In this document: positions 14,748 through 27,796 of the stretch, piece by piece
How positions within the stretch are numbered: position 1 is the stretch's first letter
How the letters are laid out: the number at the start of each line of letters is the position of its first letter
Origin: Adineta vaga
Taxonomy: Eukaryota; Animalia; Rotifera
Direction of reading: 5' to 3'
NCBI GenBank assembly: GCA_021613535.1
Contig: CP075494.1
Coordinates: 12,338,001-12,402,000, forward strand
DNA: 64,000 bases
Position numbers and translations under genes: made by a program
Notes under the pieces: model-generated
What the model saw: only the letters and a program-made list of their open reading frames with translations
Told to the model about the DNA's origin: nothing
Databases searched by the model: none

Positions 14748-16007
14748 GGCAGCTATTGAGACGAGTGTGTCGCGGAACTTAATTGAGACGAAATATTCTT
14801 ATTACATACAACATTGAGACAGAAAAGCAAGAGAATAAAAGAAAAAGAAAAAAGAAAAAATAAGAAAAACGATGTGATAAAGTACTTACTCGCATATGAG
14901 GCCATAGTTTATATAAAAGTGTGCTTGTCTCGAAGTATTTTACCATACTTCATGCAGTCATCGACTTGACAGAATATTCTATCAGTGAACATGTTTTATA
15001 AGAAATAGAGTACAGATCATTGAAATATTTATCGATGATCGATAAAATTAAATTCTATACACTAATACGATTATTTTTGAATGACCTGTTTTTTAATGAG
15101 TTTATTTAATATTTCGATCTGTAACAAACTGATATATATCTTCAAACTCAATGTTGATAAGTCAACGATATCAATCAACAATGAGAGAAAGTAGTGCAGC
15201 TTTTTTTGTTGTACGATTTCGAGATAAATAGATTAAACATGGCTTTCAATGCACGAATAGAAATAGTAGATAATAGAGTAGAACAAATCAGCATATCATC
15301 CATGACGTACAATATTGCTATGAACAATCAACCAAGGATGTGAACTACTATATTTTGTATTTTAGTTTGTGGGACTAGTCTGAATGTCTCTGGAGAAAGA
15401 GTTTTTTCAGCAGAAACGCTCCGGAAATTGACAGAAAGGGAGAAGAAGGATTTCTAGGTAGAAAAGCATCGGATTCTTCGAATGACTTTCTACACTTTTT
15501 AATTGGGAAAGATAGAGATTTTTCGAAAGACACCAAGACAAAAACAAATATCTTACGATTGAGATATGACAATTGATGATTCTCAGCAAATGGGTAATAT
15601 AGATATTCATGTAACCTAATCAAGAACACCTATATAAAACTTAATATACTCTAAATCTATGTATTTTCTACATGTATTAGCTTAGATGCTTTCAACCGTC
15701 TATAACCTTGCTAATACATTCTCTGGGAATGATAAAAATGAAACTAAAAATTGTTAATGAAAGTTCTTAACAGTATTTCACGATATTTGACTTTAGCAAT
15801 CGTCTATTTATTAGATGTAATTTATACGGTATGTTATCTCAAGAATGTGAATTAATCAACAAGGTGTCCCTTTTAATCATACAGAATAAAATGATCTCTT
15901 ACCGATGTAATAAGTCTGCAACTATGTATGTACGAGGAGTACTAAATGCCATAGATCAGTTTATTATTAACTAAATATTCAAATTCAACTACATGAAAGA
16001 CAAATAA

Positions 16008-16954
16008 TCAGTTCTTTTTCTCTTTTGATTTCCTCTCTGAATCTTTACAAAGATAACTCGTGTAGAAGAAATGTGCGAAGAGAATTAAATACGAGGCATA
16101 CATAGCTAATGATATTTTGATATTGAGATATGAAGTAGCACATGAATATCCTTGTTGCTTATGATCAAATGCCGCAATATTAACGATACAACCAATAATC
16201 ATTTGAGTAAGTTGAAGAATGGTTATAAATTGTTGTAAAGATCGAGGAAGATGAACACGAGCGGCTCGTAAAGCAAAATATCCATACATAATTGTATGAA
16301 CACAATAGTTCATGGATACAAACCATCGACCAGTCGAAACAAAATATGCATAACTATAAAGTAGTTCAAGAAATAATTTCTGGTAATCATAGAAAACAAT
16401 TTACCTATAAAAACAATAGACAAGTACGGATGCATGATGATACCAGTGGAGAAAGATCAATGGCTGTCGTCGTAAGACAATAAACAATGTATCAATCGTT
16501 TCTGGAACTTTAGATAACATGAATAACCATGACCTAATTACAACTTACAATGATTAATCACTATAAAGTTGTTCATTACGTACCATAATCCAGTAATTCC
16601 TTCTTTATAACTTGGATCACATATTGAATACCAAAATCCATGTTGATTTATCGAATGAAGAAGTTCAGGTACACATCGGCATGCACCCCAAAAACTAAAG
16701 ATCGTTAGAAAAGTATTCCAAAGAACTAATGATTTTCTCAATTCAAATTTGTCATTTCGTCTCGACATCCATGCACGGCCAATAAATATTGCAATGATAT
16801 ATAAAATAGCATATGGAATACTTAACCACCACCAATCATACGTTAATCGTTCAACTAAAAATAGTTTTTGGTGATCAAAAAGTACCATTTCAAAATCCCA
16901 AACCCATCGATGAATAAAACCATTTGTATCTGTTACGGACGAGTGTATTTGCAT
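16008..16954 (-). CDS. Very-long-chain fatty acid elongase, ELOVL3/6-like, copy A
   Basis: Spliced exons give [27 protein letters not shown] (HxxHH box) and [13 protein letters not shown]; C-terminal lysine-rich ER-retention-like tail. A further 5' exon is possible. Confidence 0.9.
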
Positions 16955-17237
16955 TTTTATACGGCTCTGTAGCTGTTATAGTCGAAAAAACAAATGGATT
17001 TACTTTTGCATCTCGTATTTCATTTTTCTGTTGCTCAGCAATTTCATGACACGCCACCTACGATGTACTCGAATGCAAATAAAAGTCGACTGATTCTTAC
17101 CTGTTTGGTTTTGTTTTCTTAGTAAATATAAGACACGTTGTCTTCTAAGGATACGAAAAAAAAACGTTTCTTACGATGTTAATTTTACTAATTTTTATTA
17201 TTTCGATCTTCATTTTATTTATTAATAACATCAAATA

Positions 17238-18222
17238 TTACTCTGTACGCTGTTTTACACCTTTTTGTAAATACGTAGAATAGAAAAAATGCGCAAAAAG
17301 AATTAGATATGCTAGATAGAGTAAGAGCGATACAATGATGTTACTATCTGATGTCATACAATAATGACCATCTTGTTTATATTTGTACGCAGCAATGTTG
17401 ACGGTACAACCGATAATCATTTGAATAAGCTGAAAAAATGTAATAGATTGTTGAATCCATCGAGGAACTCGAAAACGAGCAGCACGTAAAGCAAAATAAC
17501 CATACATAATCGTATGCACACATAAATTCATTGATGTAAACCAACGACCTGATGGTGCGAACCGTCCATAGCTTCAAAACAAAGATAAATCCTATCATTC
17601 TATTGTTTAAGATTACCTGTAGAAACAGTAAACAAGCACAGATGCATGATGAAACCAATGTAAGAAGATTAATTGTTGTCGCCGTAAGACAATAAATAAT
17701 GTATCAATGGTTTCTGGAACTTTAGAAATAATAAATAACCATAACCTATATAGAAAACAAATGTTTTATTTTAAAGAAATAATCGTCCTAAAGAAATAAC
17801 AAAAATCACCATAGACCAGACACTCCTTCTTTTAATATAGGATTACATAGTGAATGTTGAAATCCATGTTGATTTATCGAATGAAAAAGTTCAGGTACAC
17901 ATCGACATGCACCCCAAAAACTAAACAAAGCTAAGAAAGTATTCCAACCAATCAAGGCCGTACGTAATTCATATTTTTTATTCCATTTTTTCATATATGA
18001 TTGACCAATAAATATTGCTATAATATATAAGATAGCATAAGGAATACTTAACCACCACCATTGATTCATCCATTGTTCGATTGCCGAACGATTCTTTCGA
18101 CTAAAAAGTAATAGTTCAAAATCCCAAACCCATCGATGAACAACATGACTTGGATCTATTATTGCTGAATGAATTTTCATCGTTTGAATGCGTTTGTATG
18201 CTGTTGTCAAACAACTATACAT
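17238..18222 (-). CDS. Very-long-chain fatty acid elongase, ELOVL3/6-like, copy B
   Basis: Same exon structure as copy A; [27 protein letters not shown] and [13 protein letters not shown]. Confidence 0.9.
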
Positions 18223-18479
18223 ATTGATCGTTACTACCTGTTTAATGCACTGTACACCTACATTTTCTTCTCAATTTCTTTTACCTTGAACTTTACTTTG
18301 ACAATTATTCTTGAAAGAGAACGAAACGTGAATTGATCAACATCAGTTAATATTTGATTAGAAAACATGTCATTCAAAAAAAAAACTTATTTATCTCTGA
18401 CGTCAACGATTGATTCTATATTGAATATTCTAGTGTTAACAAATTAAGAAGAAGAAGAAGAACAAGGAGACCTATAGTT

Positions 18480-19738
18480 TTAACCATTCAATGTTCTGGG
18501 TGCTCGTGATAAATCAATTGGTACTTGTTTTGGATCATGGAAAACTAACCATTTCTCTTCGGATATATCTTTAAAGGCATCGAGAAAGCGTTGATTATCA
18601 AATGATTCATTTTGAATTGCTCGAATAAATATAGCACGAATACGTTCAGGATATTCTCGTGTAATTGTTCCGTAAATTTCCGGATCTTTTTCACCACTAT
18701 CACCAATTAAAACATAATTTCGTTTGGTATTCAATAAGAAGAAACGTAAATAGCTAAGCTTATGTTCGAAAGTCGATTGCGAATGTAAGAAATGAAATAA
18801 AGAAGTGGCTGCCCAACCAAAATGTCGCATATGAAATGAACCATTCGGAAATTTATTAATATCGATAAATTCTTGTGTTAATGTATACAATTGATCTGGC
18901 ATACCAGATAGATAATGAAATGTACAATTGATATTTTTTGTTTGCCATTGTTGATACAATTCTGGCATACCTATATAACAACAATTGACAAAAATAGAAT
19001 ATCTTTTTCAATTTTATATTTACCTGGTACAGGTTTAAAAGGAGAAATAAATGTATTAGCAAGCAGACGTACTTTATCCAATACTTCTGAGATTTTTATC
19101 GTATCGTCAATATCACTAATGATTGAAATGCCTTCACTAGGTTCGATTAATTGAATACGACCAGTTGCATTTCGTTGATCATCACCAGTCACTTCATAAG
19201 TAATTATATTGTTATTTTCTTTTTGTTTTAATTGTTGAATATCATTATTAGTCATTTGAATTTGTTCATAAAATTCACCATTATGATCCGTATGAATCGT
19301 TTGTGTTGTATTACCAATTTCGATAAGAATATCTTCAAATGCTCTATCTGTAACAAAAAATGGTCGAAGTCGTTCATGATTAATTGATCCATTAAGATGT
19401 AATATATCATTTGAACTAACAAGATTTCGAGCAAGTCGTTCAATCCATGAACTAGCATGAAGTCCTAATCGATATTTTTGAATATTATTTTGATATTTCC
19501 AGCCATGTATCATTACATTCCAGATATTACTATCATTGGATAATTGAAAAGCAATATCGGGAAAAAGGAGAATTTCTTCAGAATTAAAATGACGATCATC
19601 GACATCAAATTTATTCACTAATTTGTTCTTAATTTTCTGCCATAGATAACGACCTCGACTTTCTTCTGATGCATTTTGACAATGACCAAAAGATATATAA
19701 AATACGATGACAATGAAACCGATCGAAAATGCCGTCAT
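18480..19738 (-). CDS. App1-type (DUF2183) phosphatidate phosphatase, HAD DxDxT family, with predicted signal peptide; 2 exons (19738-19024, 18970-18480)
   Basis: IISDIDDTIK, P(V)PGMPELY, FHYLSGMP, FPNGSFHMR and LIGDSGEKDPEIYG..YPERIRAIFIR are App1 catalytic-domain motifs. N-terminus MTAFSIGFIVIVFYISFGHC is hydrophobic. Confidence 0.85.
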
Positions 19739-20025
19739 CGATAATTTCGTTAATGTTATACTGATACGTGTGTCTTCTATATAGCAAAGAGAACGAACGA
19801 AGTAAACATAAACATTATCATAACAGCGTTCGATTCGATGAATATATTTATTCATTCTTTCACTTATTCAATTGTGTTGCTTTAGAACAAATTTCAACAA
19901 ACATGGGTATCATATGTTAGTTTTATTTTATAATAAAATAACGAGAAAATATAAACTAATCAAAGGAAACACGAGTGGGGTTTATGTTTATAGCGCACAT
20001 CGAAGACTTGAAATCAAATGGATTA

Positions 20026-20298
20026 TTATCGAAGATGCATAGTCATAAAGTCATCTTTTGTTTGATAACCATCCCAAACACCTTTTGATTGAAATTTTCG
20101 AGGGATCGATTTGTATTGAATTTTCCAACTAGAAAATGATGAAAATGAACAGGGTGATGTGGAAACAAATGAGAAAGAATCATTGATATCCGAATGTTTG
20201 TTTAAATCAACAGATCTATTTAGAGAGAAAAAAAGATATGATTATTGAATAAACATTCCCTAAAGAGTTTACTTGAAGTCAGAATTAATTCCAGACAT
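20026..20298 (-). CDS. Microprotein copy 1, 71 aa (exons 20298-20273, 20215-20026): MSGINSDFKSVDLNKHSDINDSFSFVSTSPCSFSSFSSWKIQYKSIPRKFQSKGVWDGYQTKDDFMTMHLR
   Basis: Manual translation across a canonical GT-AG intron. The C-terminal motif and the 26-nt first coding exon are shared with the paralog at 21191-21439. Confidence 0.75.
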
Positions 20299-20343
20299 GA
20301 TTAATCAGAATGAATATGCAAATGTTTTGGAAGAGAGATAAGG

Positions 20344-20488
20344 TCAATCTTTAAGAACGGCTTTACCAAGTGACGAAGCAGGTTGCTACAAGAAAGCGAG
20401 TATTAATTAAGGAGAGTTCCGTATAAATAAGACTTACGTTTTTCCAAGTTTTACGAACGGGTTCAGCAACTCGTTTTGATATTAACAT
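20344..20488 (-). CDS. Conserved-peptide upstream ORF copy 1, 30 aa (exons 20488-20438, 20385-20344): MLISKRVAEPVRKTWKNQPASSLGKAVLKD
   Basis: ATG, phase-0 intron (GTAAG...TAG), TGA; 27/30 identical to copy 2 with many synonymous changes. Confidence 0.8.
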
Positions 20489-20577
20489 TCAATGAATAAT
20501 TCCACTGGAACTATGATCACTGATATCAGATTGTTTACGATTGAGACGTACGAAGAAAGTTGTCTGTTTAATGAATG

Positions 20578-20795
20578 ACTGAAGAAATGGTTTGGATGGA
20601 GTTTATATATGGGTAGAATCATGTGAGAATTTTCAAAACAAGGAGAAAATATCTGGGGAAAAAGATAAGAAAAAGAAATTCTACCATGTATTTTGCCCGT
20701 ATTTCACTTCATTTATCATGTAGTGAGAGTGTGATCGAACACGCGCGAGGGTGTGGTGGAGAATGTCAACAAAGACAATTTCGTCATTTTCGTCA
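20578..20795 (-). promoter_or_regulatory. Putative core promoter of micro-gene copy 1 (TATA + Inr, upstream TGACGAAA x2)
   Basis: On the minus strand: TATATAAA at 20609-20602, TCAGT at ~20582-20578, and two TGACGAAA at 20786-20779 and 20795-20788. Confidence 0.4.
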
Positions 20796-21190
20796 CGTCC
20801 AAACGAATGTTATGGTTGTGTTTTGCTCGTCTAAGATATAAGTTGACGACATATGTTGTGTAAAAAAGAGATAATTTCATTGAAGATGATTAATCCTTAA
20901 AGTAAACTTTCATTAACATCACGAAGAATATTATCAACTAAGTCAGCTGATTGTTGCTATTCAAAGTAACTATTTAATATATGTATGACGTCTTCAGTTT
21001 ACTTTTGTTATCTACAATCGCTGAAATGCGAGTCGTCATTCATCAATCAAGTTTTAGGTCACAGATACACAATGTCTGAAAGAATATTTTTTTCTATTGA
21101 ATACAAAAAAACAGACAATCAGAAGAATGAAACATAGTAAAGAAGAAAAATAACTATGCAGTGCCGAACGGCATTATAGCACTTGATTAT

Positions 21191-21439
21191 TTAACGAAGA
21201 TGCATGGATAAAAATTCATCTTTCGTTTCATATCCATCCCATATTCCTTTCGACGATGAATTCGAGCTCGACTGGTATTGAACAGTCCAACTAGAGCTTG
21301 ACGACGAATTCATTGTATGTGTGTTGGACGATGAATTTCCACTTGATTCATTTTCCCTAATTGAAAAAAAAGAAGGTTTTGATACGCTTATGAAAACATT
21401 TCAATACATATACCCTGAATAGTAGCCAGCGTCAGACAT
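21191..21439 (-). CDS. Microprotein copy 2, 63 aa (exons 21439-21414, 21356-21191): MSDAGYYSGENESSGNSSSNTHTMNSSSSSSWTVQYQSSSNSSSKGIWDGYETKDEFLSMHLR
   Basis: Manual translation; same phase-2 intron after 26 nt as copy 1; conserved SSWxxQYxS and SKGxWDGYxTKDxFxxMHLR*. Confidence 0.75.
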
Positions 21440-21541
21440 GATCAATAAAAACAAGTAAGAATATTGAACAATGAAGTTGATACAGAAATAAATGAAAGGT
21501 TAGGCTAGCAGTGAACAGATATCGAAAATTGAAAATAAGAA

Positions 21542-21691
21542 TCAATCTTTGAGAACAGCTTTACCAAGAGACGATGCGGGTTGCTAGATTTAAATACATC
21601 TTTGATTAATGAATGATATTCAACGCAAAAATACACTTACATTTTTCCAAGTTTTTCGAACTGGTTCAGCTGGATGTTTCGAGATTGACAT
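21542..21691 (-). CDS. Conserved-peptide upstream ORF copy 2, 30 aa (exons 21691-21641, 21583-21542): MSISKHPAEPVRKTWKNQPASSLGKAVLKD
   Basis: Identical exon lengths (51+42 nt) and intron position to copy 1. Confidence 0.8.
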
Positions 21692-21710
21692 TCAAGTATA
21701 CATATGATCA

Positions 21711-21807
21711 AATGAAATAAATCTAAAACATCTATCTTATTTATACCTCCAGCAACGACCTAGACCTTCCCAAGAGGGAAAAAACGGATGAAAAATATGT
21801 GACGTAA
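21711..21807 (-). promoter_or_regulatory. Putative core promoter of micro-gene copy 2 (TATA + Inr + CRE/ATF-like site)
   Basis: Minus-strand TATAAATA at 21745-21738, TCATT about 25-30 nt downstream, and TGACGTAA (plus strand) at 21800-21807. Confidence 0.4.
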
Positions 21808-22965
21808 CGACTATGATAAATTTTATTCATGACTAAGATGAGAACGAAACATCATGGTATTATTCTCAAAATCAAAAAATGTAATGCGTGTGTAAAACCG
21901 AAAATAAGATAATGTAAAGCAAAATAACAGACCTTTGGATTTAAATCACGACGTTTGTGCGTGATAGCTGTCAAACTTGATCTGCTACTTGAAGTAGCGA
22001 TTGGGCAAGAATATTACCAACTACAGTACCAATGAGACCACCCACACTCACACCCACATATCTTTTAATGAAACTTTATTTTTATTGACAAACAGAACAA
22101 TTCCATGATTTTGATATAAATCTGATCGTCAGACATCCTGTGATTTAATAGTATGAAAAATTGACAATAGCATGGCTGACCTATGACAGATTTCTACTTA
22201 ATATGTTTTGTGCTACTTGAATTCCACAGAGAATCAATACATAAGTGGCTTTTGATGATTTTTTAAATTTCTTTATACTACCCAGAGAGATAAGAAATTG
22301 AAAGCAAGTTGTGTGATATTTTACAATGCTCAGTTGAGCCGAGAGAAGTTTAAAATCTATATATTTCATAGAGAACATATCAGATTTTAATTGAATGTTC
22401 AACTTGAATATCTGGTTGAGCAATAGAACGTTTTATAGCATAATGACGTCAAATATAACAGAATATTATATTAATATTAGTCGGATGAATCAAGAGAAAA
22501 GGATTAACGAAGAGAAAGAAGACGTTCGATCAAACTATTTAAACTGAATAAAGAATTCAGATCTTATAAAAACTCAGTGCCTATTTATGTTACAGTCAAA
22601 AAAAAGAACATCGAAAATAATATCGATAGAACGAATGTCAAATAGAAAGAAGAAACAATGATCAGTGAGTTTGCTTGAGAATATGGTTTGAGCTGAATAT
22701 TCATCTTTCACTCTCAAGACAAATTAATGACGTGTAAGACTGTTTCTGGAATGATGGTTGTCTTCAGTATTGTCAAGTTCGCTAAAATCATTGCTAATAA
22801 ATACGTAATCGAATTTCGAAATAGCAGTATATGATAAACATCAATGATTCTGAAAAGATTCGAAATGCTTGCAGCTTTTTTCAGTAATTTCTTTCCATGT
22901 AGATAGCAACATGTCACATAAATTTATTTTTATAGAGCGAAGATTTCAAAAGATCTGCTTGATAA

Positions 22966-23596
22966 TCAATCGTTTCTCATCTGTTGCTTTATTCTTTGAA
23001 GAAATGCTTCCCAATCTTCTTCAATTCGATTATTACTATCATCACTACGATTGATGTCATTACTAAGTAACATTTGCATGACAATTAACAGTTGTTCATT
23101 ATGTATCGTTATTATTATTTCATAAGTTTTTGTTCGTAAACGAAGAACTTGAATATTATCATCTGGATCAATATTACGAACAAGATGACGAGCTAATGAA
23201 CATAGTGGTGCCAAAGTAGAAATCCATTTTTTTAAGATATCACAATCATAAAGTATACGGCCATCAATTGTGGTGACGATGACTCCATGAACATCATCGC
23301 GAACAGATAGACGTTTCAAAGACGATTCCATGTCTTGACGTCTAATTAAATATATAAAGAAAAGGATAAACATATACAATCTTTAGCTACTTGATGATAG
23401 CATTACGATCAGTATCTTCCGTACGATAGGTACATGATTGAATAAAAGTCTTCGCAGAAATATCATTTTGTTCATTGATAGGTACTGTAATCGGTAATGG
23501 TAACGCACCATTTGATTGAATACATGATACTTTTGCATTTTTTTGCATTTGATTTTGTTGATTTGTAGATGAACGTCGACTCTTCATGTTTTTCAT
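22966..23596 (-). CDS. Roadblock/LC7 domain protein (dynein light chain roadblock-like) with N-terminal extension; 2 exons
   Basis: ESSLKRLSVRDDVHGVIVTTIDG...ARHLVRNIDPDDNIQVLRLRTKTYEIII...LLIVMQ is the roadblock fold pattern; intron about 23390-23342. Confidence 0.8.
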
Positions 23597-23850
23597 TGAA
23601 TTTAATTAACATTTATTTGACTGACTGACTGATTGATAATGAAAACTAAACAGCTGTTCTTTCAAGAATATCACGTTGTAAAGTAATATTTTTATTTCAA
23701 AAGTTTGAATCTAATTTTCTATAACCCAATACGTCTGCCTTTTATTTCTGAAAATATCCTTCTCTCTTTGTTTAACATACAAAAAAAAACTAATAAAAAC
23801 AATGAAATTCTTTGCAGTGTTTATTAATATATCTCGGCGCAAAATGATAT

Positions 23851-24943
23851 TTAACCATCTATTGCTGTGCCACCCATTGCTGTGGATAACTGATCGGGTG
23901 TAACATAGTCTCTAATGGATTTATCGTCAACAAATTTAATAAATTGTTCAGCTTCTGCTGCCATCCAAGTTCTGATTAATTTCCAAGCAGCTAGAACAAA
24001 AACAATCTTTTTTTTAGAATCATCATCAAGATATACTATTACCGGTTAAAAGCCATGGCATTTTATACATAAACATATAAGCTAAAACAAACAAAAACAA
24101 TTTGAATAAAAGAAATATGTCGTAGCTCTACCGAGTAATCTTGGATAGAAGACCTGTGCACTAGCAATGATAAATTTAACCAAATCATAATCCTGAATGA
24201 AAATAATTCATGTTTATCTAAAAACGAATATTGAGCTTACCATATGGCTAATTCCTGTTTCACTCATATCAAAAAGAAGGACAATTTTTTGTCCGGTATT
24301 TTCACGAAGATGTTTTTCAAAGGTATATGTTATGAAACGTTTCACAGCTTCTTTATCATCTTTTGATTTATCAAGTTTTCGAACAGCAAAATTAACTAAA
24401 ATTAAATAAATATTCGATGAATTCAATCATTCATTATCTTTTACGAATTGGATTATTGTATTTGTCATGATGTTGAAAATAAACTGCTTTTCGGTCGAAA
24501 AATTCCGCCGGAAATTCACTTGGTGAAATGTCTAGAATAAGGTTAGCGGATGCATTTTTATCTTAAGAATGAATAATTATCCTAACCATAAACATTATGT
24601 CTTTTTCGCCAAGCTAATGAATCGTTAAAAACACGTAATGCTCGATCTTGGTCAAAAGTTGTTCCGAATTGTCCATGTTGAATAAACATCAAAGTATATT
24701 CATCGTTCTCGTTGAAACGTTGAAGATCACGTGCGTCGAATAATTCACCTTGGGCGATTTCCTCTGAATACAAATCATTAATTACTATTAAGAGAAATTT
24801 AGTTCTACATACTTTCGTAATGTTTATGAACTAATTTACGAAATTCATCGATCTTGAAAGAAAAAAGAAATCTATTTTAACATTTTTAGAAAATGATCAT
24901 TTACCGTCATCAATGTTTGAAATTGTGGGACTGGTGCTGCCAT
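23851..24943 (-). CDS. Stand-alone CRAL-TRIO/Sec14-like lipid-binding protein (similar to the MOSPD2 N-terminus)
   Basis: Exons give SLAWRKRHNV, IVLLFDMSETGISHMDYDLVKFII, FYPRLL, YKMPWLL.AAWKLIRTWM and YVTPDQLSTAMGG. Confidence 0.8.
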
Positions 24944-25588
24944 AATTGATATACTAATGATGGGTCCGTAAGAAATATTCTAACGAAGAAAAAAAAAAGA
25001 AATAATTTATACCTGTCAACTAAAATACAGACGAAGAAAGCGAAGAAAAAATAATCGTTTTCTTTTCATATATCACATATCTACATGTATTTATAGCATT
25101 CATATAAAGGTGAGATTAGATACAATGAGAATAACAAAACCGAACAAATAAATACTAGTATTTTTTTCGTTCGTACTTGACTGACTTTGCATATAGATAG
25201 ATATGACGAGTTATTATGTTTATGAATTTTGATTTAACAGACGACATAGATCAAGAGAACATAAGCTACACGCTCATACTAAGGCATATAGAGTTTTTCA
25301 TGTTCAATCAGTTGCTCAGTAATCATCGTAATTAAAAAAGTTTGATGTTTACAGTCATTTCAGCTATCTGTCTCATCTATTCGTTATCAAAAAATGTTTT
25401 TATATAAGCACTTATCCTATGGAATTTATCTAAAAATATTCAACTGCACTACGAAACATATGAATACAAAAAAAAACACAGTACATGCTTTAGTAGCAAT
25501 GAATACTTATTATAAGAAAACAAAAAGAAAAAACTTGAGAACAGTTCACTGTTTGTATGCATGCATGTGTTTATTTAACGAACGACAT

Positions 25589-27453
<1,865 letters not shown>

Positions 27454-27796
27454 CTACGTAAAATACGCTATTCGTAGTCAATTTTTGTTCTTTTTCAGCC
27501 ATTATACTGTTCGTTGACTCAACTATGCCTCTATTTCTCCCATTCTTCTATGAATCATGAAGAGACACATTACATGAGTCATGTATTACTTCAGATAATA
27601 ATAGAAGAAAGAAAAAAAGGAGAGGAATAAAAACGTATATATATATATTTATATCCGTTTTTTCCCGACGCGATGAAATATATATCATATGCAATGTATA
27701 ACTAGTATGAATCATTGAAGGTTATTAGAATCCTAATATTTACAGAATTGTTAGCATATGCATTCGTAAGAGATACGTATCTCAGTAGACAACAAT

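Noticed and set aside
15375-15960. Small ORFs and short motifs resembling Tc1/mariner ends (caaggtgtccc, tacgagg)
   Set aside because: No matching inverted partner or transposase similarity found.
20344-20346. TGA read-through, selenocysteine or antizyme-like frameshift linking the uORF to the downstream ORF
   Set aside because: Both spacers are multiples of three, but each contains a further in-frame stop and they differ in length and sequence. No SECIS or pseudoknot was evident.
21194-21250. eIF4E-binding (YxxxxLphi) or PP1-binding RVxF motif in the microprotein C-terminus
   Set aside because: YETKDEFL and KIQY/KGVW do not fit the consensus spacing, so the microprotein cannot be called 4E-BP or GADD34.
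22181-22917. Two short minus-strand ORFs
   Set aside because: No recognisable motifs, splice structure or paralog support.
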